From Deltaproteobacteria bacterium RIFOXYA12_FULL_61_11 (lineage in GTDB: Bacteria > Bdellovibrionota_F > JAHFAK01 > YA12-FULL-61-11), in NCBI GenBank assembly GCA_001799195.1, contig MGSU01000028.1, forward strand, positions 1-19,441: 19,441 nt of DNA. The letters run 5' to 3'. Positions within the stretch are counted from its first letter, which is position 1. Each line of letters starts with the position of its first letter. Under the pieces are notes generated by a model, which saw nothing but the letters and a program-made list of their open reading frames with translations, was not told where the DNA came from and did no database searches. Of this stretch, positions 8,348 through 15,630 are shown in pieces. The position numbers and the translations under genes are program-made.

Positions 8348-9523
8348 ATGCATCGCATCCTGTTGTTCCTTCCCTTCCTCTGCTGTTGTTCTCCCGAACT
8401 CGAACCCGGGGCCTACGGCAAGCTCGAACTCAAGTTGTTGGGCAGTGCGGCCGAGGTCCATCACCTCGAGGTGAGCCTCCAGGGCCCCGGAATCACCGAT
8501 CCCATGACCGCACAGATGAGTCTCTCGCAACGCCAGGCCAGTCTCTACTTCCACGGCGTGCCGGCCGGGATCGACCGGGTGATCGAGGTGACGTGCCGCG
8601 ACGCGACGGGGCAAGCAATCTGTACCCTGAGGCGCGAAGGGGTGACCATCGAAGCAGGACAGACGACCGAGCTTGCCATGGTCCTTGCCCTCGATAGCGG
8701 GAGCGCCGAGCTCGGCGCCTTCGACGCGACCCTCGTCTTCAACCATCCTCCGAGCATCAGTCGGGTCACCGTGACTCCCTCGTCCCCTGATCCCGGCCAG
8801 GAGATACTGTGCGAGATTGTGGCTACGGACGAGGACGGGGATGCGCTCGAGTACCAATGGAGCGCCACGGCGGGGACCTTCACCCAGCCCGGGGAGTCCA
8901 CGACCGGTCTGACCGTGACCGAGCCCGGCGAAGTAACCCTCACGGTCCTGGTCAGCGACGGACTCACCCCGGTCTCCATGACCTTGGTCGTCGAGGTTGG
9001 CGGCACGGCCGGAAGTGCAAGTGGAGCAGGGACCTACCAGGTAGTTCTAAACGAACTCTTGGCCGACCCGCCGGACGATATCCTTGGGGATGCCAATGCC
9101 GATGGTGTGCGGGACCTCAACGCGGATGAGTTCGTGGAACTGGTCAACGCCGGGACCTCGGAGGTCGATCTCTCGGGATGGACCCTGGCGGACAGTACTG
9201 ATCCCCGGCATGTCTTTCCGCAAGGGACTATGCTCGCGCCGAGCGCCGTGTTGGTCGTCTTCGGCGGAGGTGCGCCGACCCTGCCGATCGCCTGGCAGGT
9301 TGCTTCCAGTGGGGGGCTCGGCCTGAACAACAGCGGGGATACCCTCACCCTCTGCGATCAGAGCGGCACTCCGGTGACGAGCGTGACCTATGGAGGCGAG
9401 GGTGGTTACAATCAGTCCTTATCCCGCTCGCCGGACCTGAGCGGGGAGTTCGTCAAGCACAGCACGGTGTCGGCGTCGCTCTTCTCCCCGGGTTATCGGC
9501 TCGACGGGAGTCCCTTCAACTGA
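8348..9523 (+). CDS. Probable lipoprotein/secreted protein with an N-terminal PKD/Ig-like beta-sandwich region and a C-terminal lamin-tail domain (LTD).
   Basis: Strong RBS AAGGAGG upstream of ATG 8348. Short signal peptide 'MHRILLFLPFLCCCS' with Cys cluster (non-canonical lipobox). C-terminal 'YQVVLNELLADP....EFVELVN.GTSEVDLSGWTLAD......FPQGTMLAPSAVLVV....LGLNNSGDTLTLCDQSGTPV' follows the LTD consensus closely. 'ILCEIVATDEDGDALEYQWSATAGTF' is PKD/Ig-like. Confidence 0.8.
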   Translation: MHRILLFLPFLCCCSPELEPGAYGKLELKLLGSAAEVHHLEVSLQGPGITDPMTAQMSLSQRQASLYFHGVPAGIDRVIEVTCRDATGQAICTLRREGVTIEAGQTTELAMVLALDSGSAELGAFDATLVFNHPPSISRVTVTPSSPDPGQEILCEIVATDEDGDALEYQWSATAGTFTQPGESTTGLTVTEPGEVTLTVLVSDGLTPVSMTLVVEVGGTAGSASGAGTYQVVLNELLADPPDDILGDANADGVRDLNADEFVELVNAGTSEVDLSGWTLADSTDPRHVFPQGTMLAPSAVLVVFGGGAPTLPIAWQVASSGGLGLNNSGDTLTLCDQSGTPVTSVTYGGEGGYNQSLSRSPDLSGEFVKHSTVSASLFSPGYRLDGSPFN

Positions 9524-10107
9524 GCGATAAGTCTCTCGACCTGAACCGCGGTCTCCTCCGGAGAACCTCCATTGTCCACTCTCAGATCGGCCAGGGCTGC
9601 CTTGGCCGACACGTCCATCTGTGCCGCGATCCGCAGACGCGCCTGTTCAGGGTCCAAGCCGTCGCGCAGGCACAGCCGTTCGAGCTGGACGTCTGCCGGC
9701 ACCGTCACCACGATCAGCAGGTCACGTTGCGGCAGGAGGTCGTTCTCGAGGAGCAGGGCCCCCTCGGCAATGACCACCCCGGGTGGTGCAGCTCCGAGTT
9801 CGTGGGTGATGCGATCGCGCAAGGCCGGCACGAGCAAGGAGTCGAGAGTCCTCCTGGCCTGAGGTGAAGCGAAGACGATGCGTCCGAGCGCGCTGCGGTC
9901 GATCGTGCCGTCCGGGGCGACGATGCGCTCTCCGAAGGCCTCTCTCAGGAGACGATGAGGTTCACTCTCCGGCACATAGAGGCTATGTGCAAGACGATCG
10001 AGCTCGAGCACGGTGAAACCAGCAGCGCGGAGTTGCGAGGCGACGCTGCTCTTGCCGCAGGCGATCCCCCCGGTCAATCCGACGCGGAAGTGCCGGTCGG
10101 TGGCCAT
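9493..10107 (-). CDS. coaE: Dephospho-CoA kinase.
   Basis: Walker A 'GLTGGIACGKSSV' immediately after the Met at 10107; DPK-like length (~204 aa) and layout. The ATG at 10107 lies 4 nt downstream of the speH stop (co-oriented pair). The longer listed start (10167) would overlap speH, so it is not preferred. The 3' end overlaps the convergent LTD gene by 31 nt. Confidence 0.82.
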   Translation of the reverse strand: MATDRHFRVGLTGGIACGKSSVASQLRAAGFTVLELDRLAHSLYVPESEPHRLLREAFGERIVAPDGTIDRSALGRIVFASPQARRTLDSLLVPALRDRITHELGAAPPGVVIAEGALLLENDLLPQRDLLIVVTVPADVQLERLCLRDGLDPEQARLRIAAQMDVSAKAALADLRVDNGGSPEETAVQVERLIAQLKGLPSSR

Positions 10108-10111
10108 GGAT

Positions 10112-10582
10112 TCAGCAGCAGGCGGCCTGATGGAGGAAGCCGTCGGGGTGGAGGATGTGGCTGGCACAGTCGTCGTTCAGGTGACAGTTCCGCACTGCCT
10201 CGGGCTCGCTGGTTTCAAGTTCATTATTGAATTCGTTGAAGATCCCGCGTTTGATTTTGTAAATAAAGGACTTGGTCGGTTTGAAGGCGTTCGCCACGAA
10301 TTCCATGGCGATTTCGGCGAGCTCGAAGTGCCCACAGGTAAAGATGTCCACGGCCGCGTAGTTGCGTTCGGGCCAGGTATGGATGGAGAGGTGGGATTCG
10401 GCTATCACCAGGAAACCGCTGATGCCGTGGGGATTGAAGAGATTGAATTTCTCGCTGACGATATGGGCCTGGGCTTGTCTTGCCGCTTCCAGCAGCGTGG
10501 TGCGCACGAAATCGACGTCATCGAGGAGTTCGGCAGGACAACCGGCCAGCTCCAACAGGTAGTGGACCCCGAGCGTTTTCAT
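10112..10582 (-). CDS. speH: S-adenosylmethionine decarboxylase proenzyme (class 1A, pyruvoyl-dependent) with an atypical ~40-residue Cys/His-rich C-terminal extension.
   Basis: 'MKTLGVHYLLELAGC...' N-terminus. Self-processing site 'VIAESHLSIHTWPE' (ES|S cleavage/pyruvoyl serine) and 'VDIFTCG' block, as in Thermotoga/Bacillus SpeH/SpeD. Start chosen at the ATG at 10582 (MKTLG); the listed ORF starts further upstream. The tail 'NCHLNDDCASHILHPDGFLHQAACC' is absent from the ~125-aa canonical enzymes I recall. Confidence 0.83.
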   Translation of the reverse strand: MKTLGVHYLLELAGCPAELLDDVDFVRTTLLEAARQAQAHIVSEKFNLFNPHGISGFLVIAESHLSIHTWPERNYAAVDIFTCGHFELAEIAMEFVANAFKPTKSFIYKIKRGIFNEFNNELETSEPEAVRNCHLNDDCASHILHPDGFLHQAACC

Positions 10583-10908
10583 GACAACCCCCATACGAAA
10601 GAAGTTGCATCGCAGGGCACCTCCTCGCGGCCGGCCAGGGCAGCTAGGAGTATCGTCGCGCAAACCCAATATGACGTAAACTGCCGTCTTCCATAACCCT
10701 TGCGCCGTCTTCCGGCTCTGCGAGGACGCCTATCTAGCAGCCGCAGGATCTGAAATCAAGAAATTTCCTCCGATGACCTGGGAAAAAATGCCACAGTTGT
10801 TCTGTCTCGGCGGAAGGACGATATAACAAGTTGTAGTTATTGACGATGGCTGTGTCGTTTCGCCATTGACAAGCGGGCGCCCATCGGAGATAGATGAACC
10901 CAACACTT

Positions 10909-10926
10909 CGTTCCTCGCGAGGAACG
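10909..10926. promoter_or_regulatory. Perfect 18-bp palindrome CGTTCCTCGCGAGGAACG in the mdh 5' leader, about 30 nt upstream of the start codon.
   Basis: Read directly: cgttcctcg|cgaggaacg, a 9+9 inverted repeat with no spacer. It lies between candidate -35/-10 elements (TTGACA 10866-10871) and the mdh RBS. Confidence 0.6.
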
Positions 10927-10956
10927 GCGATCGTCACAATCCTGAGGAGGGATCAC

Positions 10957-11931
10957 ATGAACAAGAAAATTCGGGTCGGGGTCACCGGTGCTGCCGGACA
11001 AATTTGCTATTCCCTGCTGTTCCGCGTCGCTTCGGGCGAAGTCTTCGGTAAGGACACCGCGGTCGATCTCGTGCTCAAGGAGATAACTCCAGCCCTGCCG
11101 GCCACCGAGGGTGTGGCCATGGAACTCAGCGACTGCGCCTTCCCCACCCTCAATAGCTTGACCATCACCGACCAGGATGACGTCCTCTGCAATGGCAGCA
11201 ACTGGGTCCTACTCGTCGGCGCTGCCCCGCGCAAGGCTGGTATGGAACGCAGCGATCTGATCCGGACCAACGGTCCAATCTTCAAGGCCGTCGGAAAGGC
11301 CCTGAACAAAGCTGCCACGGGCGTGCAGGTCGTGGTCGTGGGGAACCCGGCCAACACCAACGCGATGATCGCGGCCAAGAACAGCGACGTTCCCAAGAAC
11401 GCTTTCTACGCTTTGATGCGCTTGGATGAGAACCGCATGAAGAGTCAGCTCGCGGCCAAGGCCGGTGTGCCGGTGTCTGCCGTCACCAACACCGTGGTAT
11501 GGGGTAACCACAGCACTACTCAGTACCCCGACTTCCACAACGCCAAGATCAACGGCAAGCCGGTCACCAGCGTGATCACCGACCAGGCTTGGCTCGAGGG
11601 TGCCTTCCTCAAGACGGTCCAGGATCGCGGCGCCGCGATCATCAAGGCCCGGGGCTCGAGTTCTGCCGCCAGCGCGGCCAACGCAGTGGTCGACCACGTC
11701 CACAGCCTGCTCACCCCCACCGGTGCCGAGGGTTGGTTCTCGGCGGGCGTGGTCAGCAATGGTCAATACGGAGTCCCCGAAGGACTCGTCTTCGGGTATC
11801 CCGTGACCTCCAACGGCAAGACCTGGAAGGTGGTCGAGAACGTCCCGATGAATGCATACGCCAAGGAGAAATTGGGCAAGACCATCGCCGAACTCGAACA
11901 AGAGCGCACCACGGTCAAAGACCTTCTCTGA
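10957..11931 (+). CDS. mdh: Malate dehydrogenase (NAD-dependent, cytoplasmic/Thermus-type).
   Basis: '[31 protein letters not shown]', '[20 protein letters not shown]', '[16 protein letters not shown]' and '[12 protein letters not shown]' blocks are typical of this MDH family. GAGGAGG RBS 6 nt upstream of ATG 10957. The listed ORF start 10894 is rejected (no RBS, and it runs through the leader palindrome). Confidence 0.95.
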   Translation: MNKKIRVGVTGAAGQICYSLLFRVASGEVFGKDTAVDLVLKEITPALPATEGVAMELSDCAFPTLNSLTITDQDDVLCNGSNWVLLVGAAPRKAGMERSDLIRTNGPIFKAVGKALNKAATGVQVVVVGNPANTNAMIAAKNSDVPKNAFYALMRLDENRMKSQLAAKAGVPVSAVTNTVVWGNHSTTQYPDFHNAKINGKPVTSVITDQAWLEGAFLKTVQDRGAAIIKARGSSSAASAANAVVDHVHSLLTPTGAEGWFSAGVVSNGQYGVPEGLVFGYPVTSNGKTWKVVENVPMNAYAKEKLGKTIAELEQERTTVKDLL

Positions 11932-12030
11932 GCATTATTGCAACGCAGCGCATTACCTACGATCGCCCCATCGCAACTGTTACCCGCTGATATTCTGATG
12001 GAAAGTTACATTGCTATTGTCTACTGCTGA

Positions 12031-12076
12031 GCAATTGCACTTTTTCTTTGACATGCTGCGTAATTCATGATAGAGG
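12031..12076 (+). promoter_or_regulatory. Candidate sigma70-type promoter: TTGACA 12048-12053, 17-nt spacer, weak -10 TAGAGG 12071-12076 preceded by TG. It is flanked by the GCAATTGC palindrome at 12031-12038 in the AT-rich intergenic region.
   Basis: Consensus -35 hexamer with 17-nt spacing to a 3/6 -10, about 40 nt upstream of the ATG at 12116. The ATTGC motif recurs four times in 11932-12040. Confidence 0.3.
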
Positions 12077-12115
12077 TGAACAAGCTGGAAGGTCACCCCA
12101 TTTCGAGGAGGATAT

Positions 12116-13093
12116 ATGGTTCGGCTACTCGGCATCGGCATTCTCGGCTTGTTGCTTGCCCTACCGTGTGCGGCTACCTATGAAGATGCCGGCAAACTCC
12201 TCGCCATGACCGGCGTCGGTCCGACCGGCGAGGAGGCCAATCCCATGGGCTCCATCACCATCACCAACAGTGCTGATCTTGCCAAGAAGATCCTCCAACC
12301 GGTCAATGGTTCCGAGGACGACGAGATCATCAAGACCAGCGAAGTCATCATCATGGGGACGGGGAAGGCCGCAGAAGGACTCCTGACCATGCTCAAGGAG
12401 ATCGGGGTCAGCGCGGTCCGCACCATTGGTGGGGTCGTCCTCATCGTCGGTGAGAGCGCAATCGCCATCCTCGAGGAACTCTACAAGACCGGTTTAGTCG
12501 CCATGAACCTGATCACCGATACGGTCAAGAACATGGTCATCCTGGGCAAGAACGCCATTGTCCACACCCTCAAGGTCGTGGGCAACCTGTTGATCACCGG
12601 CGCCATCTATGCCGCGGACATCCTGGTCAAAGCGGCCGAGGGTGTATTATGGTTGCTCAAGGGACTCTACAAGGCCGCCGGGTATGTCCTGACCGCCGCT
12701 GCCTCGGGTGCCATCCTGTTGGTGCACTATGCAGCCAAGGGGATCGTTAAGTTGGTCCAGTTCATCGAGAAGGCCGTGATGTTCGTGGTCAAGTTCACCG
12801 CCGACATGGTCGTCGGTGTGATCAAGATCGTGCTCGATGGGGTCCGGTACATGTTGGACAAGACGCGCGAAGCGATCAATGCCGTGTTCCAAAAGGTCAT
12901 CGAAAAGGAAAAAGAATTGGGAGACAAGGCGGTCGAATCGACGAAACAGACCCGTAACCGCGCCTGGGACAAACTCAAGGACGACCTCAAGAACTTCGGC
13001 AAGCCCAAGTCGCAAGAACGCAGGAACTCTCCCGAGCCGACCCCCCAACCGGATGGTGACGGTTCCATGACCATCGCCTTCGGTCAGGCCTGA
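12116..13093 (+). CDS. Secreted hypothetical protein: signal peptide, a long very hydrophobic/amphipathic Ala/Gly/Val/Leu/Lys-rich helical core with an internal repeat, and a charged coiled-coil-like C-terminus.
   Basis: GAGGAGG RBS 7 nt upstream of ATG 12116. Signal peptide 'MVRLLGIGILGLLLALPCAA'. Internal repeat 'GKAAEGLLTMLKEIG' / 'VKAAEGVLWLLKGLYKAAG'. Hydrophobic hairpin-like 'YVLTAAASGAILLVHYAAKG'. K/E-rich C-terminal tail. The gene looks lower in GC than the sdh region (by eye) and is preceded by an AT-rich 184-nt intergenic region. Confidence 0.8.
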   Translation: MVRLLGIGILGLLLALPCAATYEDAGKLLAMTGVGPTGEEANPMGSITITNSADLAKKILQPVNGSEDDEIIKTSEVIIMGTGKAAEGLLTMLKEIGVSAVRTIGGVVLIVGESAIAILEELYKTGLVAMNLITDTVKNMVILGKNAIVHTLKVVGNLLITGAIYAADILVKAAEGVLWLLKGLYKAAGYVLTAAASGAILLVHYAAKGIVKLVQFIEKAVMFVVKFTADMVVGVIKIVLDGVRYMLDKTREAINAVFQKVIEKEKELGDKAVESTKQTRNRAWDKLKDDLKNFGKPKSQERRNSPEPTPQPDGDGSMTIAFGQA

Positions 13094-13130
13094 ACCCTCG
13101 CACTGTCTTCGTTTCGCCTCTCGAGCAGCA

Positions 13131-14468
13131 TCAGAATAAGAAATACATGGTCGCCAAGAAATTGTAATAACGATCCTGTATCACCGCGTTGACGATCTCC
13201 TTGCGGAAGCCTCCGCGTACCCCCCGATTATCCACAATACCTGTGGTGCTCTGCGCTTTGTCGAAGAACACATCGAGGGTGTAGAGCCCGAAGAGGAAAT
13301 CTAAGCCCCAGGATCGATCGAAGCGCATGGTCGCCCCTGCGGTGATGAAGTGATTGAGCATGTTGGTTTTTACGGCGGTCGGGTTACCGGTGATGTAGCT
13401 GCGTTGGTTCGTCGCCTGATACAGTTGTTTGCTCTCCTCGTAGGTTGGCTGGAAGAGGATTTCCCAGCCCGCTTTGATGCCGAGATCGAAGTTGTCGTCG
13501 CCGGCGGGTAGGTACCAAATGAGGTTCACGGGTGCTAGGTTGGCCCCCATGTAGACCGCATCGAGGAAGAAGAACAGCGGGGCTCCGGGCATGGATTCGA
13601 TGTCGTTGCCATCGAACATGAACATTCGAAAACCAGCTTTTGGCATGAGACACAAGGACTTGAGATCACGAAAGGGATAGACTCGGTACACCAGGTTGGC
13701 AGAGGTGTTGTGGGTCATGGCCGTGGTCGGGATGATCTTTTCCTTCTTCAGGGTGATGGTGAGGCGATAGAAGGAGTAGAGGTACGACAGTTCCAGCCCC
13801 AGGGCATGAACGCCCCCTTGGAGGGGATATACTTCTGCGCCGAGACCGGCAGTCACCGACGGCCAGGCCTGGTACTGCACTCCGGCGTCCCCGGCATAGG
13901 GACTTTGGATGGCCTGGTTCAAGGGTGGGGTGTTTTGTTGTTTGACCTGCCGGTTCGTGTTCGAAGCGAGGCCAAAGAAGGTAGGCAGGAAACCGAGGAA
14001 GCGCGAGCGCGCGGAGTATATATTGTACTGAGTGCCGAGGGTCAGAGCGAACCGCCCGTTATCGTTCTTGAACGGTCGCACTGCCGTGATGTCAATTTCG
14101 GATTCGTAGACCTTGCGCCGTTTACCGCCCTTCTTGCTCGCCTTATTCCTGGATTCGCGATCCTCCTGCCAATCGTCGTAATCTCCCTCTTCCTCTTCCT
14201 CGTCTTCCTCTTCTTCTTCCTCGAAATCCTCTCCCTCTTCCTCTTCCTCTTCCTCTTCGTATTCTTCTTCGTCTTCTTCCCCGGGCTCTTCCTCCCAATC
14301 GCCGTCGTCTTCCTCTTCTTCCTCGTCGTCCCATTCCGAGGCACGATTGGCCAAGAGCCCTGCGTCGGTCGTAGGGGTGAGCGACGAGTCCGCTGCGACG
14401 GGACTCGTCGTGGCGAGGAACAGGAGGGCGATCATGACGCCGAGGAAGATCACTGTCGCTCGAACCAT
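13131..14468 (-). CDS. Putative outer-membrane beta-barrel protein with signal peptide and a ~60-residue poly-Glu/Asp tract followed by a short Lys/Arg patch. Start is uncertain between 14468 and 14498.
   Basis: Signal peptide 'MVRATVIFLGVMIALLFLATTSPVAA' from the Met at 14468, with GGAG 9 nt upstream. Acidic tract 'EWDDEEEEEDDGDWEEEPGEEDEEEYEEEEEEEEGEDFEEEEEEDEEEEEGDYDDWQED' then 'KASKKGGKRRK'. The remainder has alternating aromatic/hydrophobic beta-strand-like segments and a C-terminal '...ATMYFLF' (terminal Phe, typical of OMP barrels). The listed ORF start 14633 would overlap the upstream gene. Confidence 0.72.
   Translation of the reverse strand: MVRATVIFLGVMIALLFLATTSPVAADSSLTPTTDAGLLANRASEWDDEEEEEDDGDWEEEPGEEDEEEYEEEEEEEEGEDFEEEEEEDEEEEEGDYDDWQEDRESRNKASKKGGKRRKVYESEIDITAVRPFKNDNGRFALTLGTQYNIYSARSRFLGFLPTFFGLASNTNRQVKQQNTPPLNQAIQSPYAGDAGVQYQAWPSVTAGLGAEVYPLQGGVHALGLELSYLYSFYRLTITLKKEKIIPTTAMTHNTSANLVYRVYPFRDLKSLCLMPKAGFRMFMFDGNDIESMPGAPLFFFLDAVYMGANLAPVNLIWYLPAGDDNFDLGIKAGWEILFQPTYEESKQLYQATNQRSYITGNPTAVKTNMLNHFITAGATMRFDRSWGLDFLFGLYTLDVFFDKAQSTTGIVDNRGVRGGFRKEIVNAVIQDRYYNFLATMYFLF
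14157..14336 (-). repeat. Coding simple-sequence tract (GAA/GAG/GAC)n encoding the poly-Glu/Asp region of the OMP-like protein.
   Basis: On the + strand: 'ctcttcctcttcctcgtcttcctcttcttcttcctcg...ctcttcctcttcctcttcctcttcg...'. It also generates spurious long ORFs on the opposite strand and an Arg-rich frame. Confidence 0.9.
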
Positions 14469-14520
14469 GGGCAATAACTCCACGCTCTCATCGATCATGG
14501 TACAGCGCGAGGAGGTTTTT

Positions 14521-15618
14521 TCAACTACCCCCGCTCTTCCGAGGGGGTATAACGAGGCGAAACCTTCCTTCTCCAGAGACTTGCAGGAGAAGAGGTTGCT
14601 GTTCGTACTGGAGGGTGCGGAAAAAATCGACAAACTCGACCACGCTGTCGCGAAGTACGATGTCGGCCTGCAACAACCCGGGCTGTGCGCCGACGAGTGA
14701 GAAATCGAATTTCTTGATCCCTTCGAAGGCCTTGAAGAGATAGTCGACGACCAGGAAGTCCCGGGGTTGTTCGAGCTCGAAATGCAGCACGTAGCCCTCG
14801 GTCATGAGTGTATTCCAAGCGCTCCCGAGGTTCGCGATGGTTTCGGCGCAGAAGGCGGTAAAGGCTTGGCCTTTCGAGGATGCGGCGTTGTCGAGCTTGC
14901 GTTCTTCAGTCAGGACGAGGCGGCCGTCGAGCCCGCGATAGGCAGATAGGCTGAGGTGGAGCAGGGGGGTTCGGGATGCGATCAGTGCTGTCACCCTACC
15001 GAAGATCACCAGGTCCGCTGGGTAGGTCAGGCGTAGCGGAGCGTAGTCCGGATAGGTCTGGGGCGCGCTAGCTCCCAGACTCAGGGTTCGTTCGGCGGGA
15101 AGGACTAGAAACCCTCCTCCCTCCGCAGCGGTGATGAACTGTTGTTGTGCAGGAGATGGCCGTTTTCGTTCCAGCCACCACGAGAGGGAAACCCCTGTAG
15201 AAAGATCCTTTTCTTGGATGAGGAACAGGAGCCGAGGGCGTGGGAGGTCTCGAATAGCACCGTGCTCGAGGAGCCGAGAGCGTACCTGGTCGAGGTCGAG
15301 GGAGACCAGGACCTCGAGTTCCAGGATGCTGCCCTTGCGGCGTTCGTTGAGGACCGTGTATTTGCGGACGAAGGTTCCTGCTGCGGCTTCGACGTGTTTG
15401 TGGAACAGGAGGTCGAAATCCTTATTGCCCGATACCGGACGGAACCCTTCTTGGACCTGACGGATCGCTTGTTCGAAAGCAGCTTCTATCAGACGCTGCC
15501 TGAGCCTCGAGATGTTCGATCCCTGCACATCACCGTTGAGGATCACAGTACGCTCGACCGTTTGCGCGTGATTCTGGCACACTAGCACGAGCGAGAGGAG
15601 GACGAGGAGCCTCACCAT
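14521..15618 (-). CDS. Secreted (signal-peptide) hypothetical protein, 365 aa.
   Basis: 'MVRLLVLLSLVLVCQNHAQT' signal peptide. There is no SD in the 12-nt gap after the infA stop (possible coupling). The stop lies 52 nt upstream of the OMP-like gene start on the same strand. I recognise no domain. Confidence 0.72.
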   Translation of the reverse strand: MVRLLVLLSLVLVCQNHAQTVERTVILNGDVQGSNISRLRQRLIEAAFEQAIRQVQEGFRPVSGNKDFDLLFHKHVEAAAGTFVRKYTVLNERRKGSILELEVLVSLDLDQVRSRLLEHGAIRDLPRPRLLFLIQEKDLSTGVSLSWWLERKRPSPAQQQFITAAEGGGFLVLPAERTLSLGASAPQTYPDYAPLRLTYPADLVIFGRVTALIASRTPLLHLSLSAYRGLDGRLVLTEERKLDNAASSKGQAFTAFCAETIANLGSAWNTLMTEGYVLHFELEQPRDFLVVDYLFKAFEGIKKFDFSLVGAQPGLLQADIVLRDSVVEFVDFFRTLQYEQQPLLLQVSGEGRFRLVIPPRKSGGS

Positions 15619-15630
15619 GACAGAGGAAGA

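Noticed and set aside
10108-10167. Longer coaE start (MPATSST..., listed ORF start 10167).
   Set aside because: It would overlap the speH C-terminus by about 55 nt. The conserved P-loop begins right after the internal Met at 10107, which directly follows the speH stop, giving a canonical ~204-aa CoaE.
10583-10669. Longer speH start (MGLRDD..., listed ORF start 10669, or MGVVM at 10594).
   Set aside because: Class 1A AdoMetDC proteins begin at the 'MK.LG.H' motif. The upstream extension is Arg/Gly/Pro-rich noise without a better RBS.
10734-10937. 67-aa ORF on the minus strand within the speH/mdh intergenic region.
   Set aside because: No RBS, odd composition, and it overlaps the mdh leader palindrome and candidate promoter. 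More likely noncoding regulatory DNA, though a small RNA cannot be excluded.
13710-14477. 255-aa ORF on the + strand, plus the Arg-rich 63-aa and 100-aa ORFs at 14042-14344 (minus strand, other frames).
   Set aside because: All are frame artefacts of the (GAA/GAG)n tract: a poly-Phe/Leu/Ser low-complexity translation antisense to the OMP-like gene, and poly-Arg in the shifted frame. They have no RBS or independent support.
14499-14520. T-run 'ggaggtttttt' on the + strand between the 365-aa gene and the OMP-like gene.
   Set aside because: No preceding GC hairpin, and the local genes are on the minus strand where this reads as an A-run. Not a terminator.
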